The notes beneath the pieces were generated by a model. The model worked only from the letters and a program-made list of their open reading frames with translations, was not told the origin of the DNA and did not search any database. A DNA stretch of 64,000 bases, taken from positions 4,544,001-4,608,000 of the forward strand of contig OZ253470.1 of assembly GCA_965261735.1 (NCBI GenBank), given 5' to 3'. Below, piece after piece: positions 33,053-42,430 of the stretch; within the stretch, counting starts at the first letter, position 1, and each line of letters opens with the position of its first letter. This DNA is from Alphaproteobacteria bacterium. Lineage in GTDB: Bacteria > Pseudomonadota > Alphaproteobacteria > SHVV01. A program made the translations under genes and the position numbers.

Positions 33053-34093
33053 TCAGTTGTAAAGGGGCTCGAACCCGTCCGCCAGCTTGGCGACCTTCGC
33101 CGGGCCGACGATGGTGCCCTCGTCGACGATCTGCCTGCCGTCGATCCAGATCGACTGCATCGTCACCACCGCATCGGGATGATTCTCGCCGCCGCCGGGC
33201 TGCCAGAACGGGATGCCCAGGCCGACCGCATTGTTGCCGACGACCCGCTGATCCTCGACGAAGCACTCGCGTGTGTAGCGCGCCGCGGGCTGAATGCCGC
33301 AGCTGAAGTGAATGACGTAGCCGTACTTGCCGCCGCCCGCGCGCTTCAGCGCCCGGTTCATCACCTTGCGCTCGTTGCCGCCACCGGTGACGCTGCGGAT
33401 GCGCCCGGCGAGGTCGAGCGAGATCGGGCTCGACAGTTTCGTGTAATACTCGTGGAAGGCGCAATCGACCGTGATGCGGCCCTTGACCGACTCGTGCTCC
33501 GGCCAAAAACCGACCGCGCCGGGCACGGAGTAAAGGCCCGGCAGCTTGGCCTGGCGCGGCTTGGGGTAGGGCATCTTGGCCAACGTAAAGGTGACGTCGG
33601 TGCCGGCCTCGTTGGTGATTCGGCAGGTTTCGCCGACCGCCTTGGAGGTCACGCCGATGAGCGCCTTGTGCACCGCAAAGAGCCTATCGAGATCGACCTT
33701 TCCGAACAGGCGCACCAGAGCGGCGGCGGTGAGGTCGCCGCATAGGATGTAGCGCAGGCGGCCGCCCTTCATCGCCTCGTCGTAGGCGCGAGAGCCACCG
33801 AGATAGGGGAAGGTGAGATCGATCAGGACGTCGCAGTTCTGCATCGCCACCGCCAGCGGCTCGGCGATATAGGGATTGGCCAACGCTCCCTGAAAGGGCA
33901 GCGGGGGAATGACGTTGACGACGGTTCGCGCGCCCGTCGAGTCCGCCGCATTGAGGACCGCCTCGACCACGGTCATGTCCGAGGACGTATCGGCGGCGAT
34001 GAGAACGCTGTCGCGTCGCGTGACCGCGGTGTAGTCCTTGACCAGCACCTCGGCCGCGTGTGCGACCTCGGGTCCGATGTTCGACGTCATCAT
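33053..34093 (-). CDS. M29 aminopeptidase-fold protein, 2,5-dihydroxypyridine dioxygenase (NicX)-like, paralog A
   Basis: CRITNEAGTDVTF, VIHFSCGIQP and NHPDAV..SIWIDG..IVDEG motifs. Confidence 0.7.
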   Translation of the reverse strand: MMTSNIGPEVAHAAEVLVKDYTAVTRRDSVLIAADTSSDMTVVEAVLNAADSTGARTVVNVIPPLPFQGALANPYIAEPLAVAMQNCDVLIDLTFPYLGGSRAYDEAMKGGRLRYILCGDLTAAALVRLFGKVDLDRLFAVHKALIGVTSKAVGETCRITNEAGTDVTFTLAKMPYPKPRQAKLPGLYSVPGAVGFWPEHESVKGRITVDCAFHEYYTKLSSPISLDLAGRIRSVTGGGNERKVMNRALKRAGGGKYGYVIHFSCGIQPAARYTRECFVEDQRVVGNNAVGLGIPFWQPGGGENHPDAVVTMQSIWIDGRQIVDEGTIVGPAKVAKLADGFEPLYN

Positions 34094-34223
34094 AGTGACT
34101 CCCTCCAGCTGCCAACGGGGTTGGTCCCGATCGGCAATGCGTCGCGCGCCACACTGCTCGCGTCGCGATGTCTACGATAGTGGGCTCGATCGCCGATCTT
34201 AGCAGCCCGGGATTTCAAGTGAC

Positions 34224-34241
34224 AATTAACCTGGGTTAATT
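34224..34241. promoter_or_regulatory. candidate operator palindrome
   Basis: AATTAACC-tg-GGTTAATT in the divergent intergenic region. Confidence 0.55.
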
Positions 34242-34318
34242 CGACCCGGACCGGGCGGGCTTTAGGCTGGATATCGGAGGCGAAGCGTCCGTCGATGCGG
34301 TCGAAGGAGGACGATCCA

Positions 34319-35467
34319 ATGGCGATTACCGATATCGCGCCACCAGCGATTGGCGAGGGCCTCGACGCCCTGCGCCAGCCAATCAAGCGGGCGGAACATG
34401 CGCCCGGCTACGTGTACTCGTCGCCGGAGGTGCTCGCCCTCGAGAAAGAGAACGTGTACATGAAGGATTGGCTCTTCATCGGGCGTGAGGAGGAGCTCGA
34501 GAAACCGGGCGACTACCTGACCTTCCACGTCGTCGGCGAGCCGATCGTCATCACGCGCGACCAGGACGGCCAGCTCAACGCCTTCTCGAACGTCTGCGCT
34601 CATCGCGGCGTCGAGGTCGCGGCGGGCCAGGGCAACGCCAAGGAGTTTTCGTGCCCCTACCACGGTTGGCTCTACGACCTGAAGGGGCGGCTCATTGGGG
34701 CGCCCTACATGAAGGAAACCGAGGGGTTCGATCTCAAATCGTGTCGGCTGAAGCCGCTCCGTATAGGAACGTGGCGGCGCAACGTCTTCGTCACGTTCAA
34801 TGACGCCGCGCCGCCGCTCGAGGTGTTCGTCGCCCAGTTCGAGCAGGACTTCGCCTTCCTGCATCCAGAGAGGTGCCGCCTTTCCGGTCGGATTGTTTGG
34901 GAATTCGACTGCAACTGGAAGTTGTTATCCGAAAACGCGATGGACATCTACCACGTGGGCGTGCTGCACGCGAAAACGTTCGGTGCCGGCACGTCCGTCG
35001 ACGACGCCGAAATCCATCTTCATCCGCGCGGCGGCATGCGTATCGACTACGCCTCGGTGCCCATGACGCCCGGGGGCAAGACCCTGTTCGGCAACCTGCC
35101 GTGGCTCGCCGACGAGCCCGCGAGCTTCGCCACGATGGGCTTCATGCAGCCCAACATGCACATGGTGGCGCGTAGCGATCACGTGCGCCAGCTCACGGCG
35201 TGGCCGCTCGAACCCGGCCGCTGCCAGGTCATCATGTACAGCTTGTTTCCTGAGGAGTATTTCGAGCAACCGGATTTCGAGGAGAAGGCGGAGACCTACC
35301 ACAAGTACCTCAAGGGCGTGCTCGAGGAAGACCGCTCGATGGTCATCTCACTGCAGCACGCGATGACGATCCGCGGCTATCAGCCGGGGCGCATGGCCTG
35401 GCTCGAGAAGCCCATCCACCACGTGCTCAATGGGTTGGTGAGTCGGATCCTCGACGGTGAGGCCTAG
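34319..35467 (+). CDS. Rieske non-heme iron oxygenase alpha subunit (choline monooxygenase/GbcA-like)
   Basis: CAHRG..CPYHGW, ENAMDIYHVGVLH and EED motifs; AAGGAGG RBS. Confidence 0.9.
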   Translation: MAITDIAPPAIGEGLDALRQPIKRAEHAPGYVYSSPEVLALEKENVYMKDWLFIGREEELEKPGDYLTFHVVGEPIVITRDQDGQLNAFSNVCAHRGVEVAAGQGNAKEFSCPYHGWLYDLKGRLIGAPYMKETEGFDLKSCRLKPLRIGTWRRNVFVTFNDAAPPLEVFVAQFEQDFAFLHPERCRLSGRIVWEFDCNWKLLSENAMDIYHVGVLHAKTFGAGTSVDDAEIHLHPRGGMRIDYASVPMTPGGKTLFGNLPWLADEPASFATMGFMQPNMHMVARSDHVRQLTAWPLEPGRCQVIMYSLFPEEYFEQPDFEEKAETYHKYLKGVLEEDRSMVISLQHAMTIRGYQPGRMAWLEKPIHHVLNGLVSRILDGEA

Positions 35468-35483
35468 GCAGAGCGCGCGGGCC

Positions 35484-36998
35484 CTAGATCGAGCGCCAGT
35501 CGACCGCCTGCTCGAACGCGTGCGCGGCGCGGTAGAGTGACGACTCGTCGAAGTGCTTGGCGATCAGCATCATGCCGATGGGCAGGCCCTCGCTCCACGC
35601 ACAGGGCACGGTCAGCGCCGGATGATGGGTAAGATCCGACGGCGAGGTGTTCGTGGACTGCTCGAACTGACGCCGCACGATCTCGGCGAGGGGCGCAGCC
35701 GGGCCCGGCATCTTGTGCGCCTTCATCGGCACCGTCGGCATGAGCAGGAGATCGTACTCCGCGAGCGCGGCGTCATAGGCGGCGCGGAGTTGGCGGGCGA
35801 GGTTGAGGGCCTTGCCGTAATAGTGACCGCAATGGTGACGGTTGACGTACTGGCCCAGCATCATCCCGACCTTGAGACCCGGTGAGAACTCGTTGGACCA
35901 CCGCTTCCAGCCGCGCAGCGCGTCGTTGAGGCTGGTCACGAACAGGCCGCCATGGCCGTTGCCCATGCCGTTGCCGAACAGCATGTTCTTGAGGTAGCCC
36001 TCGGGCCCGAAGCAGAGCCAGATCTTCGATCCGTCGCGATGCAGCGGGATGGAAATCTCGTCGACCGTGACCCCCAGCTTCTTGAAGCGCCGGGCGGCCG
36101 CCTTGACCTTCCGGTCGACGTCCGGCTCGGAGTCTTCGAACCCGAAGCCCTCCTTGACGACTCCGATTTTCATGCCCTTCGCGCTTCGCTTCAGCGCGTT
36201 CGTATAACGCGCCGTTCTGAGGTTGCGCTGGCGCGGGTCGATGCCATCCTCACCGGCGACGACCTCGAGCAACAGTGCGTTGTCCGCGACGGTGCCGGTC
36301 ATCGGGCCGGTGTGATCGACGTTGTACTCGCTCGACAGGATGCCGGTGTAGGGGACGAGGCCATAGGTCGGCTTGAGGCCGTAGATGCCGCAGTAGGCGG
36401 CGGGAATGCGGATCGATCCGGCCTGGTCACCGCCCATCGCCATGTCGACCTCGCCCGCCGCGACGAGCGCCGCGCACCCCGATGACGAGCCGCCCGCCGA
36501 GTACCCCCTCTTGTGAGGGTTATGAACGGGTCCGGTGCTGGCCGTGTGGCTGCCCCCGGAATAGGAAAAGTACTCACACACCGCCTTGCCGACGATCTCG
36601 CCGCCGGCGTCGAGGATGCGGTTGACGATTTCGGCATCGACATCGGGGACATAACCCTCGAGCGAGGAGGCACCATCCATCAACGGCACGCCGGCGAGGC
36701 AGATCGTGTCCTTGAGCACGATCCGCTTGCCGGCGAGCTTGCCGCGGGCGCGGCCCTTGATCGAGCTTTTCACATACCAGGCGCCATACTTGTTCTCCCG
36801 ACCCTGCGGCCGGTAGCCGGGGGTTCGCGGATACCTGACCGGAGGCAGGTTGTCGGGCATCTGGTCGAGAAAGTCGTGCGCGACCATCGACCCCTTGATG
36901 ATGTCGAGGTAGGCCTCGACCTCGTGCTCGCTGAGGTCGAGGCCGAGGTCCGAAGCGACCTCCCTGAGCTGCGACTCGGTCGGGCGTCGGATGGTCAC
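35484..36998 (-). CDS. amidase (amidase-signature family)
   Basis: LKD, GGSSSG and GDQAGSIRIPA motifs. Confidence 0.93.
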   Translation of the reverse strand: MTIRRPTESQLREVASDLGLDLSEHEVEAYLDIIKGSMVAHDFLDQMPDNLPPVRYPRTPGYRPQGRENKYGAWYVKSSIKGRARGKLAGKRIVLKDTICLAGVPLMDGASSLEGYVPDVDAEIVNRILDAGGEIVGKAVCEYFSYSGGSHTASTGPVHNPHKRGYSAGGSSSGCAALVAAGEVDMAMGGDQAGSIRIPAAYCGIYGLKPTYGLVPYTGILSSEYNVDHTGPMTGTVADNALLLEVVAGEDGIDPRQRNLRTARYTNALKRSAKGMKIGVVKEGFGFEDSEPDVDRKVKAAARRFKKLGVTVDEISIPLHRDGSKIWLCFGPEGYLKNMLFGNGMGNGHGGLFVTSLNDALRGWKRWSNEFSPGLKVGMMLGQYVNRHHCGHYYGKALNLARQLRAAYDAALAEYDLLLMPTVPMKAHKMPGPAAPLAEIVRRQFEQSTNTSPSDLTHHPALTVPCAWSEGLPIGMMLIAKHFDESSLYRAAHAFEQAVDWRSI

Positions 36999-37050
36999 GG
37001 GTGGATCCCCCTTGCGGTTCGACAGCGGCGCGCTACCACGTGACGAAGCA

Positions 37051-37300
37051 TCAGCGGAAGTAGAGGCCGCCGTCGACGAAGATCGACCGTCCGCTGATGA
37101 AGGCCGCCGAGTCGGAGGCGAGGAACATCACGGCGCCGACGATATCCTACGGCGTTCCCGTCCGCTTGACCGCCTGGGCCGCCGCGAACTCCGCCATCAC
37201 CGGCGCGCCCTGGGCTGCAAACGCATGGGCATAGGCGCGACCGATGCCGCGGCCGCTTCCGGTGACGATGGCAACGCGGCCCTCGACGCTCGGGAAGGAA
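37051..37300 (-). pseudogene. internally deleted SDR oxidoreductase
   Basis: N-terminus VAIVTGSGRGIG..FAAQGA is joined directly to the C-terminus AVKRTGTP*DIVGAVMFLASD..FISG..IFVDGG. Confidence 0.8.
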
Positions 37301-37330
37301 TCAGGCCCGCCACCTTGAAGATAGCAGGAG

Positions 37331-38665
37331 CTAGTTTCGCTCGCGCCCGGACGCTGCGACGGCCCGGTCGAAGACCTCGCGTGAAAGCCTATGGAGGAGC
37401 GCTTCTTCTTCCTCACCCGATGGAGCTGGCGCGACCCGCATGATCGTCTCGCGCGAATAGGTCGGCACCGTACCGTTCGCGACCCGATCGATTCCCTTGG
37501 GGTCCTCGCCTTGGGCAACCGCTTCGATGCCCTCGCGCAGCATCTTGCGCAACATGGCGACGCCGCGGTCCGCCGTGCCGAGGTGCTCGGCGGCATGGAT
37601 CGCGATCGGCCGCTGGCCGACCTGGGCGTCGTAGTCCCCGGGGAAACGTTGCCGTTCCTCGTAGGGGCGGTTGCCATAAAGGGCCCGGGTCGCGGGCGCG
37701 GGGTTCGATACGTAAGTTTGCTCCTCGTCCGGTCCATAGAAGATGAACGAGTAGTTGAGGGTGTGGGTATCGTCGACCGGCACCTTCCAGCGGATCAGAT
37801 GGGGCCCGGCCACGATCTCGCTCTCGCCGCCGCCATAATGGGGCGGCAGAAGCGGCACCGAGCACACCTGGACCGCAGTCGGACAGATATACTCCATCGA
37901 GCGCACCCAGACATCCTCACCGAGCCGCCGCGCCTCGTGGCAGGCGATGCCGATCGGCGTCTCCCACCAATCGATCTCGCCGAGGATCGCGACCTCCTCG
38001 ATGGGACGGCGGTCGCGATCGAGGAACTGGAGGCCGCTGCTGCGCGCATGCAGAAACGCCTCGTGCGCCTGGTCGGGGGTGTTGTCCATCATCTGCAGCC
38101 AGTTGCAGGGCTGCAGCGTGGCGGCGAAGGTATGGACCTCGCCGAGGCCGAGAGTGGTCTCGGGATCCTCGAAGCTGTCGTAGATCGGAAACGACGGTTT
38201 TTTGTCGGGTGGGCCCATGTAGGCGAACACCAGGCCGTGGTACTCGATCGTCGGATAGGCGCCCTGGTAGAGCTTGCCCTCGTAAGGGTTGCCGTCTGGC
38301 TCGGCGGGCGCCTCGAGGACCGCGCCGTCGATGTCGAAGTGCCAGCCGTGGTAGCAGCACTTGATCCCGCGCTCCGCGATCTGGCCGAACTCGAGCGAGG
38401 TGCCGCGGTGGCTACAGTGGCGCTCGAGGAGTCCGACCTGTCCACTCCCGTCGCGGAAGACGATGAGGTCCTCGCCGAGGATTCGGATCGCGATCGGCAG
38501 GTCGCCGAGCGTCTCCGAGTGGATCACCGGGTGCCAGAAGCGCCGCAGGTACTCGCCGCTCGGTGTGTCCGGCCCGACCCGCGTCAGCACATCGTCGACC
38601 GGCGGCAGCACCGCCTGCCGGTAGGCGCCATAGCTCTCTGTCAGGAAACGCGACTGCCCCGCCAT
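37331..38665 (-). CDS. Rieske oxygenase (phthalate 4,5-dioxygenase/LigX-like)
   Basis: TRVGPDTP.GEYLRRFWHP, CSHRG..CCYHGW, D..HEAFLH and EHLGTADRGV motifs. Confidence 0.9.
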   Translation of the reverse strand: MAGQSRFLTESYGAYRQAVLPPVDDVLTRVGPDTPSGEYLRRFWHPVIHSETLGDLPIAIRILGEDLIVFRDGSGQVGLLERHCSHRGTSLEFGQIAERGIKCCYHGWHFDIDGAVLEAPAEPDGNPYEGKLYQGAYPTIEYHGLVFAYMGPPDKKPSFPIYDSFEDPETTLGLGEVHTFAATLQPCNWLQMMDNTPDQAHEAFLHARSSGLQFLDRDRRPIEEVAILGEIDWWETPIGIACHEARRLGEDVWVRSMEYICPTAVQVCSVPLLPPHYGGGESEIVAGPHLIRWKVPVDDTHTLNYSFIFYGPDEEQTYVSNPAPATRALYGNRPYEERQRFPGDYDAQVGQRPIAIHAAEHLGTADRGVAMLRKMLREGIEAVAQGEDPKGIDRVANGTVPTYSRETIMRVAPAPSGEEEEALLHRLSREVFDRAVAASGRERN

Positions 38666-38681
38666 GTGTTTCGATCCCTTC

Positions 38682-39821
38682 TCAGTCGTCGAGGAAGGGG
38701 CCTGCGTCGCGCCAGATTCGCATGGTCGAGCAGTGCAGGCCCCCGCCCGTGCGCATGAATTCGGCGTAGGGTACCTCGATCACCTCGACACCGGCCTTGC
38801 GCACCGCCGCGACCGCATTGGGCGCCTCGGACATCATGATGACCCGGCCGGGCTCGAGCAGGGTTAGGTTGGCCGGTCCATAGAGCACGTGCTCGTCGGT
38901 CTCGCATTCGACGATCTCGAAGTCGTGGTCCTTGAGCCAGCGCCAACTCTGGAAGTCGATCCCCGGCAAATAGGCAATGACCTTGCGATGGTCGAGCGGC
39001 CCGATGACCATGTCGGGGTGGTGACTCACGCCGGACTGGGGATGGAAGTACATACCGCCCGCACACTGGAGCACCAAAGAAGTCATCTCGTCCGCGAGAC
39101 AGCTGCGCTCGACGACGGGGATGAGCTGGTCGAGTCCCTCGTCGTTGAAGGCGATGCCGCTGGCGGCCACGAACACGTCCTCGGCGAGCCACAGGCACGG
39201 CCCTGCCTCGGCGACACCCGTGCCGGTGATCGTCGCCACCGGAGGGATGCCGAGCCGGGTGTGCGCCCACAGCGCTAGGTACTCGGATCGGCCGAAGCCG
39301 AGCGGGCTAACGGCGATCTTCTCGATGATCGAGCCGCCGCGCACGATCAGCAGCTCGTTGGCCGCCCAGGTCCCGCGCTGGGGGCCATAGGGCCCCACCG
39401 GCGGATTCGGGTAGGCGACCCGGTGGGCGACGACGCCGGCCGCCTCGAGCGCGGCCTCGTACCCCAGGCTTTGGTCGCGCATGAGGGCGGTGTCGAGCTC
39501 GTTGTGCGCCAATCCCATCTGCGGGAAGTAGGCGGGATCCTGGTCGTACGCGACGTAGCGCTCATGCTCGGTGATGTCGATGAGCGCCACCTCGCGCAGC
39601 TTGCCGATGCCGTTGGCGCCGAACTCGCGGCCGTAGATCTTGGGGTAGATGTCGAGGGCGTCGATGTTGTGCCAAGTGTCGACCGACGGCGCCTCGCCGC
39701 GCACGTAGCCGGGCATCGCCGTCAGGTCGAACCCACCGGCGCGTATCTCGTCCTGCATTTCGGCGACGCGCTTTGCCCATGCGGGCGGCAGCTCAGGCGT
39801 GGTTGGGATGTTGGAGGCCAT
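38682..39821 (-). CDS. amidinotransferase / arginine deiminase-fold (pentein) hydrolase
   Basis: GKLREV, HHPD, ANL..LEPGRVI and GGGLHCST catalytic Cys motif. Confidence 0.8.
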   Translation of the reverse strand: MASNIPTTPELPPAWAKRVAEMQDEIRAGGFDLTAMPGYVRGEAPSVDTWHNIDALDIYPKIYGREFGANGIGKLREVALIDITEHERYVAYDQDPAYFPQMGLAHNELDTALMRDQSLGYEAALEAAGVVAHRVAYPNPPVGPYGPQRGTWAANELLIVRGGSIIEKIAVSPLGFGRSEYLALWAHTRLGIPPVATITGTGVAEAGPCLWLAEDVFVAASGIAFNDEGLDQLIPVVERSCLADEMTSLVLQCAGGMYFHPQSGVSHHPDMVIGPLDHRKVIAYLPGIDFQSWRWLKDHDFEIVECETDEHVLYGPANLTLLEPGRVIMMSEAPNAVAAVRKAGVEVIEVPYAEFMRTGGGLHCSTMRIWRDAGPFLDD

Positions 39822-39898
39822 GGCGACAAACTAAACGGCGCCCGTCGGCGAATCAACGACGAAGCGGCGCGGCCAACGCCGCGCGCCGCCCAGCCGGT

Positions 39899-40555
39899 TT
39901 ACTGGGGCGAGGGCCGCCAGCCCGCCGCCAAGGCTGCCTTCTCGCTGCAAAACATACGCTCGCCCTTGGCCCTGTCGAGTTCGATAAGCGCGTACATCTG
40001 GCCGCTCGGCAGATGATAGATCTTCTCCCCACCGCGGCTGATTTCGCCCTTGATGTTGCAGTTCCTGACAGCCGAGGCCTTGACCGTAAGCCGCTTGCCG
40101 CTCCGCCATGCGTGAGGCTCTATGAAGGAGCCGCGCCAGACACCCTTGCGGGCCACCTTGGCCGCGCGCTCCTCCTTTGCGTAGGCGCTCGAGTTGCGCC
40201 GATCTGCGATCGCCCAGCCCTCCGTCACGAGCCAGCCGTTCACGTCCTCTCCTTCGACGAGACATACCGCGAGCAGGTTCCCTTCCGTATCGTGGTCGAC
40301 GCCGAAGCAGTTGAGGGAGCGCCGCCCGATGTAGTTTCCGAGCGCCTCCGTAGCGCGCTGTCCGCACGGCCACCATTCGCCCTCGAACAGGCAGGACTGG
40401 GCGGCCTCCGGTGCGTCTATCCCGCTGAGCCGGATGCGCTCTTCCTTCAGAACCAGCGTGTCTCCGTCGATCACGCGCGCCCGGCCGCCAGTCTGCGCCT
40501 GCGCCGCGGCGGGCAGAATGGCGAGTACGGCGACGAGCCCGATGGCGTGGGCCAT
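39899..40555 (-). CDS. secreted thermonuclease (SNase-like, ExoI-type)
   Basis: Signal peptide, VIDGDTL, IRLSGIDAPE, and C-terminal CNIKG..IYH.P..ER.FCSE..A.AAGWR. Confidence 0.88.
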   Translation of the reverse strand: MAHAIGLVAVLAILPAAAQAQTGGRARVIDGDTLVLKEERIRLSGIDAPEAAQSCLFEGEWWPCGQRATEALGNYIGRRSLNCFGVDHDTEGNLLAVCLVEGEDVNGWLVTEGWAIADRRNSSAYAKEERAAKVARKGVWRGSFIEPHAWRSGKRLTVKASAVRNCNIKGEISRGGEKIYHLPSGQMYALIELDRAKGERMFCSEKAALAAGWRPSPQ

Positions 40556-40651
40556 AGCCGCGAGCGCACAACCGGGTGTGCGCTCAGGTGCTCGACGGCA
40601 TCTCGTGGACATGGACCTCGCGCCCCGAATGTTTGGACCTTGCCTATCCGG

Positions 40652-40680
40652 TTGACACCCACACCCACTAGGGCTAGAAT
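40652..40680 (+). promoter_or_regulatory. sigma70-type promoter of the IS1595 transposase
   Basis: TTGACA-17 nt-TAGAAT, 30 nt before the ATG; the -35 lies inside the left IR. Confidence 0.7.
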
Positions 40681-40710
40681 GGGCGCAACCCGGATATAGG
40701 GGAGCGCGCC

Positions 40711-41730
40711 ATGGATGTTCTCGACCGCGCCGATCTCCCATTCCCGCATTCGCTACCCGAGTTCCAGCGACTTTTCCCCGATGATGCGGCCTGCGCCGCC
40801 TACCTGGAGAAAGCCCGCTGGGGAGACGGCTTTGCCTGCCCGCACTGCGGCACGGCGGGAGAGCCGTTCCACTTTGAAAACCGCCCTGGCGTCCTGCGCT
40901 GCCGCAAGTGCCGCCAGAACACCGGGCTGACGGTGGGAACAGTGATGGAGCGTAGCCACACTCCGCTGAACGTCTGGTTCTGGGCCGCTTATCTGGTCGC
41001 CAGTCAGACGCCCGGCATGTCCGCCGTGCAGTTTCAGCGGCAACTTGGTCTTTCGCGCTACGAGACGGCCTTTCAAATTCTCCACAAGCTCCGCTCGGGC
41101 ATGGTGCGGCCCAACCAAGACAGGATCGGTGGACAGCCCAAGAACCATGTTGAGGTGGACGAAACCTGGGTTGGCGGGCGAACGCGTGGGGAAGGCCGTG
41201 GTGTTCACCACAAGGTTCCCGTCTCCTGTGCCATCGAGGTGCGTCATCGAAAGCCGGGCACCAAGCTCGACAACCGGAAAGACGGACGCTATGCCGGACG
41301 CGTTCGGCTCGCCGTCGTGCTCGACCGTAGCGCCGAGTCGCTCTGTGGGTTCGTCGAGAGCACCGTCGCGCCGGGATCGCTGATCGTTACTGACGATTGG
41401 AGCGGCTACGCTGGCCTCGGTAAGCGCGGCTATGAGCACTTCGCTGTTGCCGAGTGTGGTGATCCAGAGGTTGCCGAGCAATACCTGCCGATCATCCATC
41501 TGGTTTTCGCCAACCTGAAGACGTGGCTGATCGGTATCCACCACGGCGTTAGCCACCAGCACCTACAAGCCTACCTCAACGAGTTCACCTTCCGCTTCAA
41601 CAGGCGGTTCTACCCGTTCAACGCCTTCCGCTCATTGCTCGGCATCGCGGGCGACACCTCTGCTCCAACCTATGCCGAGCTTTACTCGGGAGAGTGGTGG
41701 CACCCTACATGTAGCGGTCATGGGCGTTAA
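40711..41730 (+). CDS. IS1595 transposase
   Basis: Same protein as 6626-7645 except for one R/G change. Confidence 0.95.
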   Translation: MDVLDRADLPFPHSLPEFQRLFPDDAACAAYLEKARWGDGFACPHCGTAGEPFHFENRPGVLRCRKCRQNTGLTVGTVMERSHTPLNVWFWAAYLVASQTPGMSAVQFQRQLGLSRYETAFQILHKLRSGMVRPNQDRIGGQPKNHVEVDETWVGGRTRGEGRGVHHKVPVSCAIEVRHRKPGTKLDNRKDGRYAGRVRLAVVLDRSAESLCGFVESTVAPGSLIVTDDWSGYAGLGKRGYEHFAVAECGDPEVAEQYLPIIHLVFANLKTWLIGIHHGVSHQHLQAYLNEFTFRFNRRFYPFNAFRSLLGIAGDTSAPTYAELYSGEWWHPTCSGHGR

Positions 41731-42430
41731 CCGGATAGGCAAGGTTTGGACAATACCTCGACGGCACGCCCCTCATGCCGCGCGTCTACGGTCCGGACCC
41801 ATAGCAGCAGGCCACCATGATCGAGCTGCTCCTGTAGGTATTGGCCGTGGTGGTCGCCGACCCATTTGGCGAGGATCGAGCCGACCAGACCGCCCGCGCC
41901 CCCGGCTATGGCGGCCGCGGCAATGATGGCGAGGAGCGAGCCGCCCGAGGCGACCACCGCGCCGGCCGCGGCCGGCGCGCCGACGTACATCGGTCCGCCG
42001 ACGAGACCACCTTGCGCATCTCCGATCGACCCGGTGGACACGTTAAGCGGTGCGCGGCACGGCGACCTCGTCCTCGAGCTCGCCCACCTTCTCGTACCGG
42101 TGGCCGAGCATTTCCGTCACGGCCTGTTCGCTGGCGAGCCGGCTCAGATCCGCGCGATCGAAACCCGCGCTGAGGAGCTCATCAATGGCCTCCTGGAAGG
42201 ATACGGCGCTATCGAATACCGCGACGGCCTCGCGAGATTTGCTCGCTTCAACTTCCATCGACAAGTGGCTACCCCTCATGTCGGCTGTCGCAACCATATC
42301 AGAGGCCGATTCGCTCCGCGACCGCCGGCCGGGCCACCACCCGATGTGGACATTTCGGGCGCGCTCTCTGATATTCCTTTGCGTGGGCAATGATCGAGGA
42401 GGAACGCAACATCCGGTCCATGAGCATGAC

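Larger units (their letters stand above)
40639..41743 (+). mobile_element. IS1595-family element, complete copy
   Basis: IR CTTGCCTATCCGGTT(G/A)AC(A/G)CCCA. 8-bp TSD GTTTGGAC at 40631-40638 and 41744-41751. Confidence 0.95.
40584..42258 (-). pseudogene. glycine-zipper membrane/stress-type hypothetical protein, premature stop plus IS1595 insertion
   Basis: TAA at 42043-42045. The frame ..RAVEVLSK resumes across the IS as HSGREVHVHEMPSST*. Confidence 0.8.

Noticed and set aside
34226-34239. CtrA box
   Set aside because: The spacing is TTAA-N6-TTAA, not N7.
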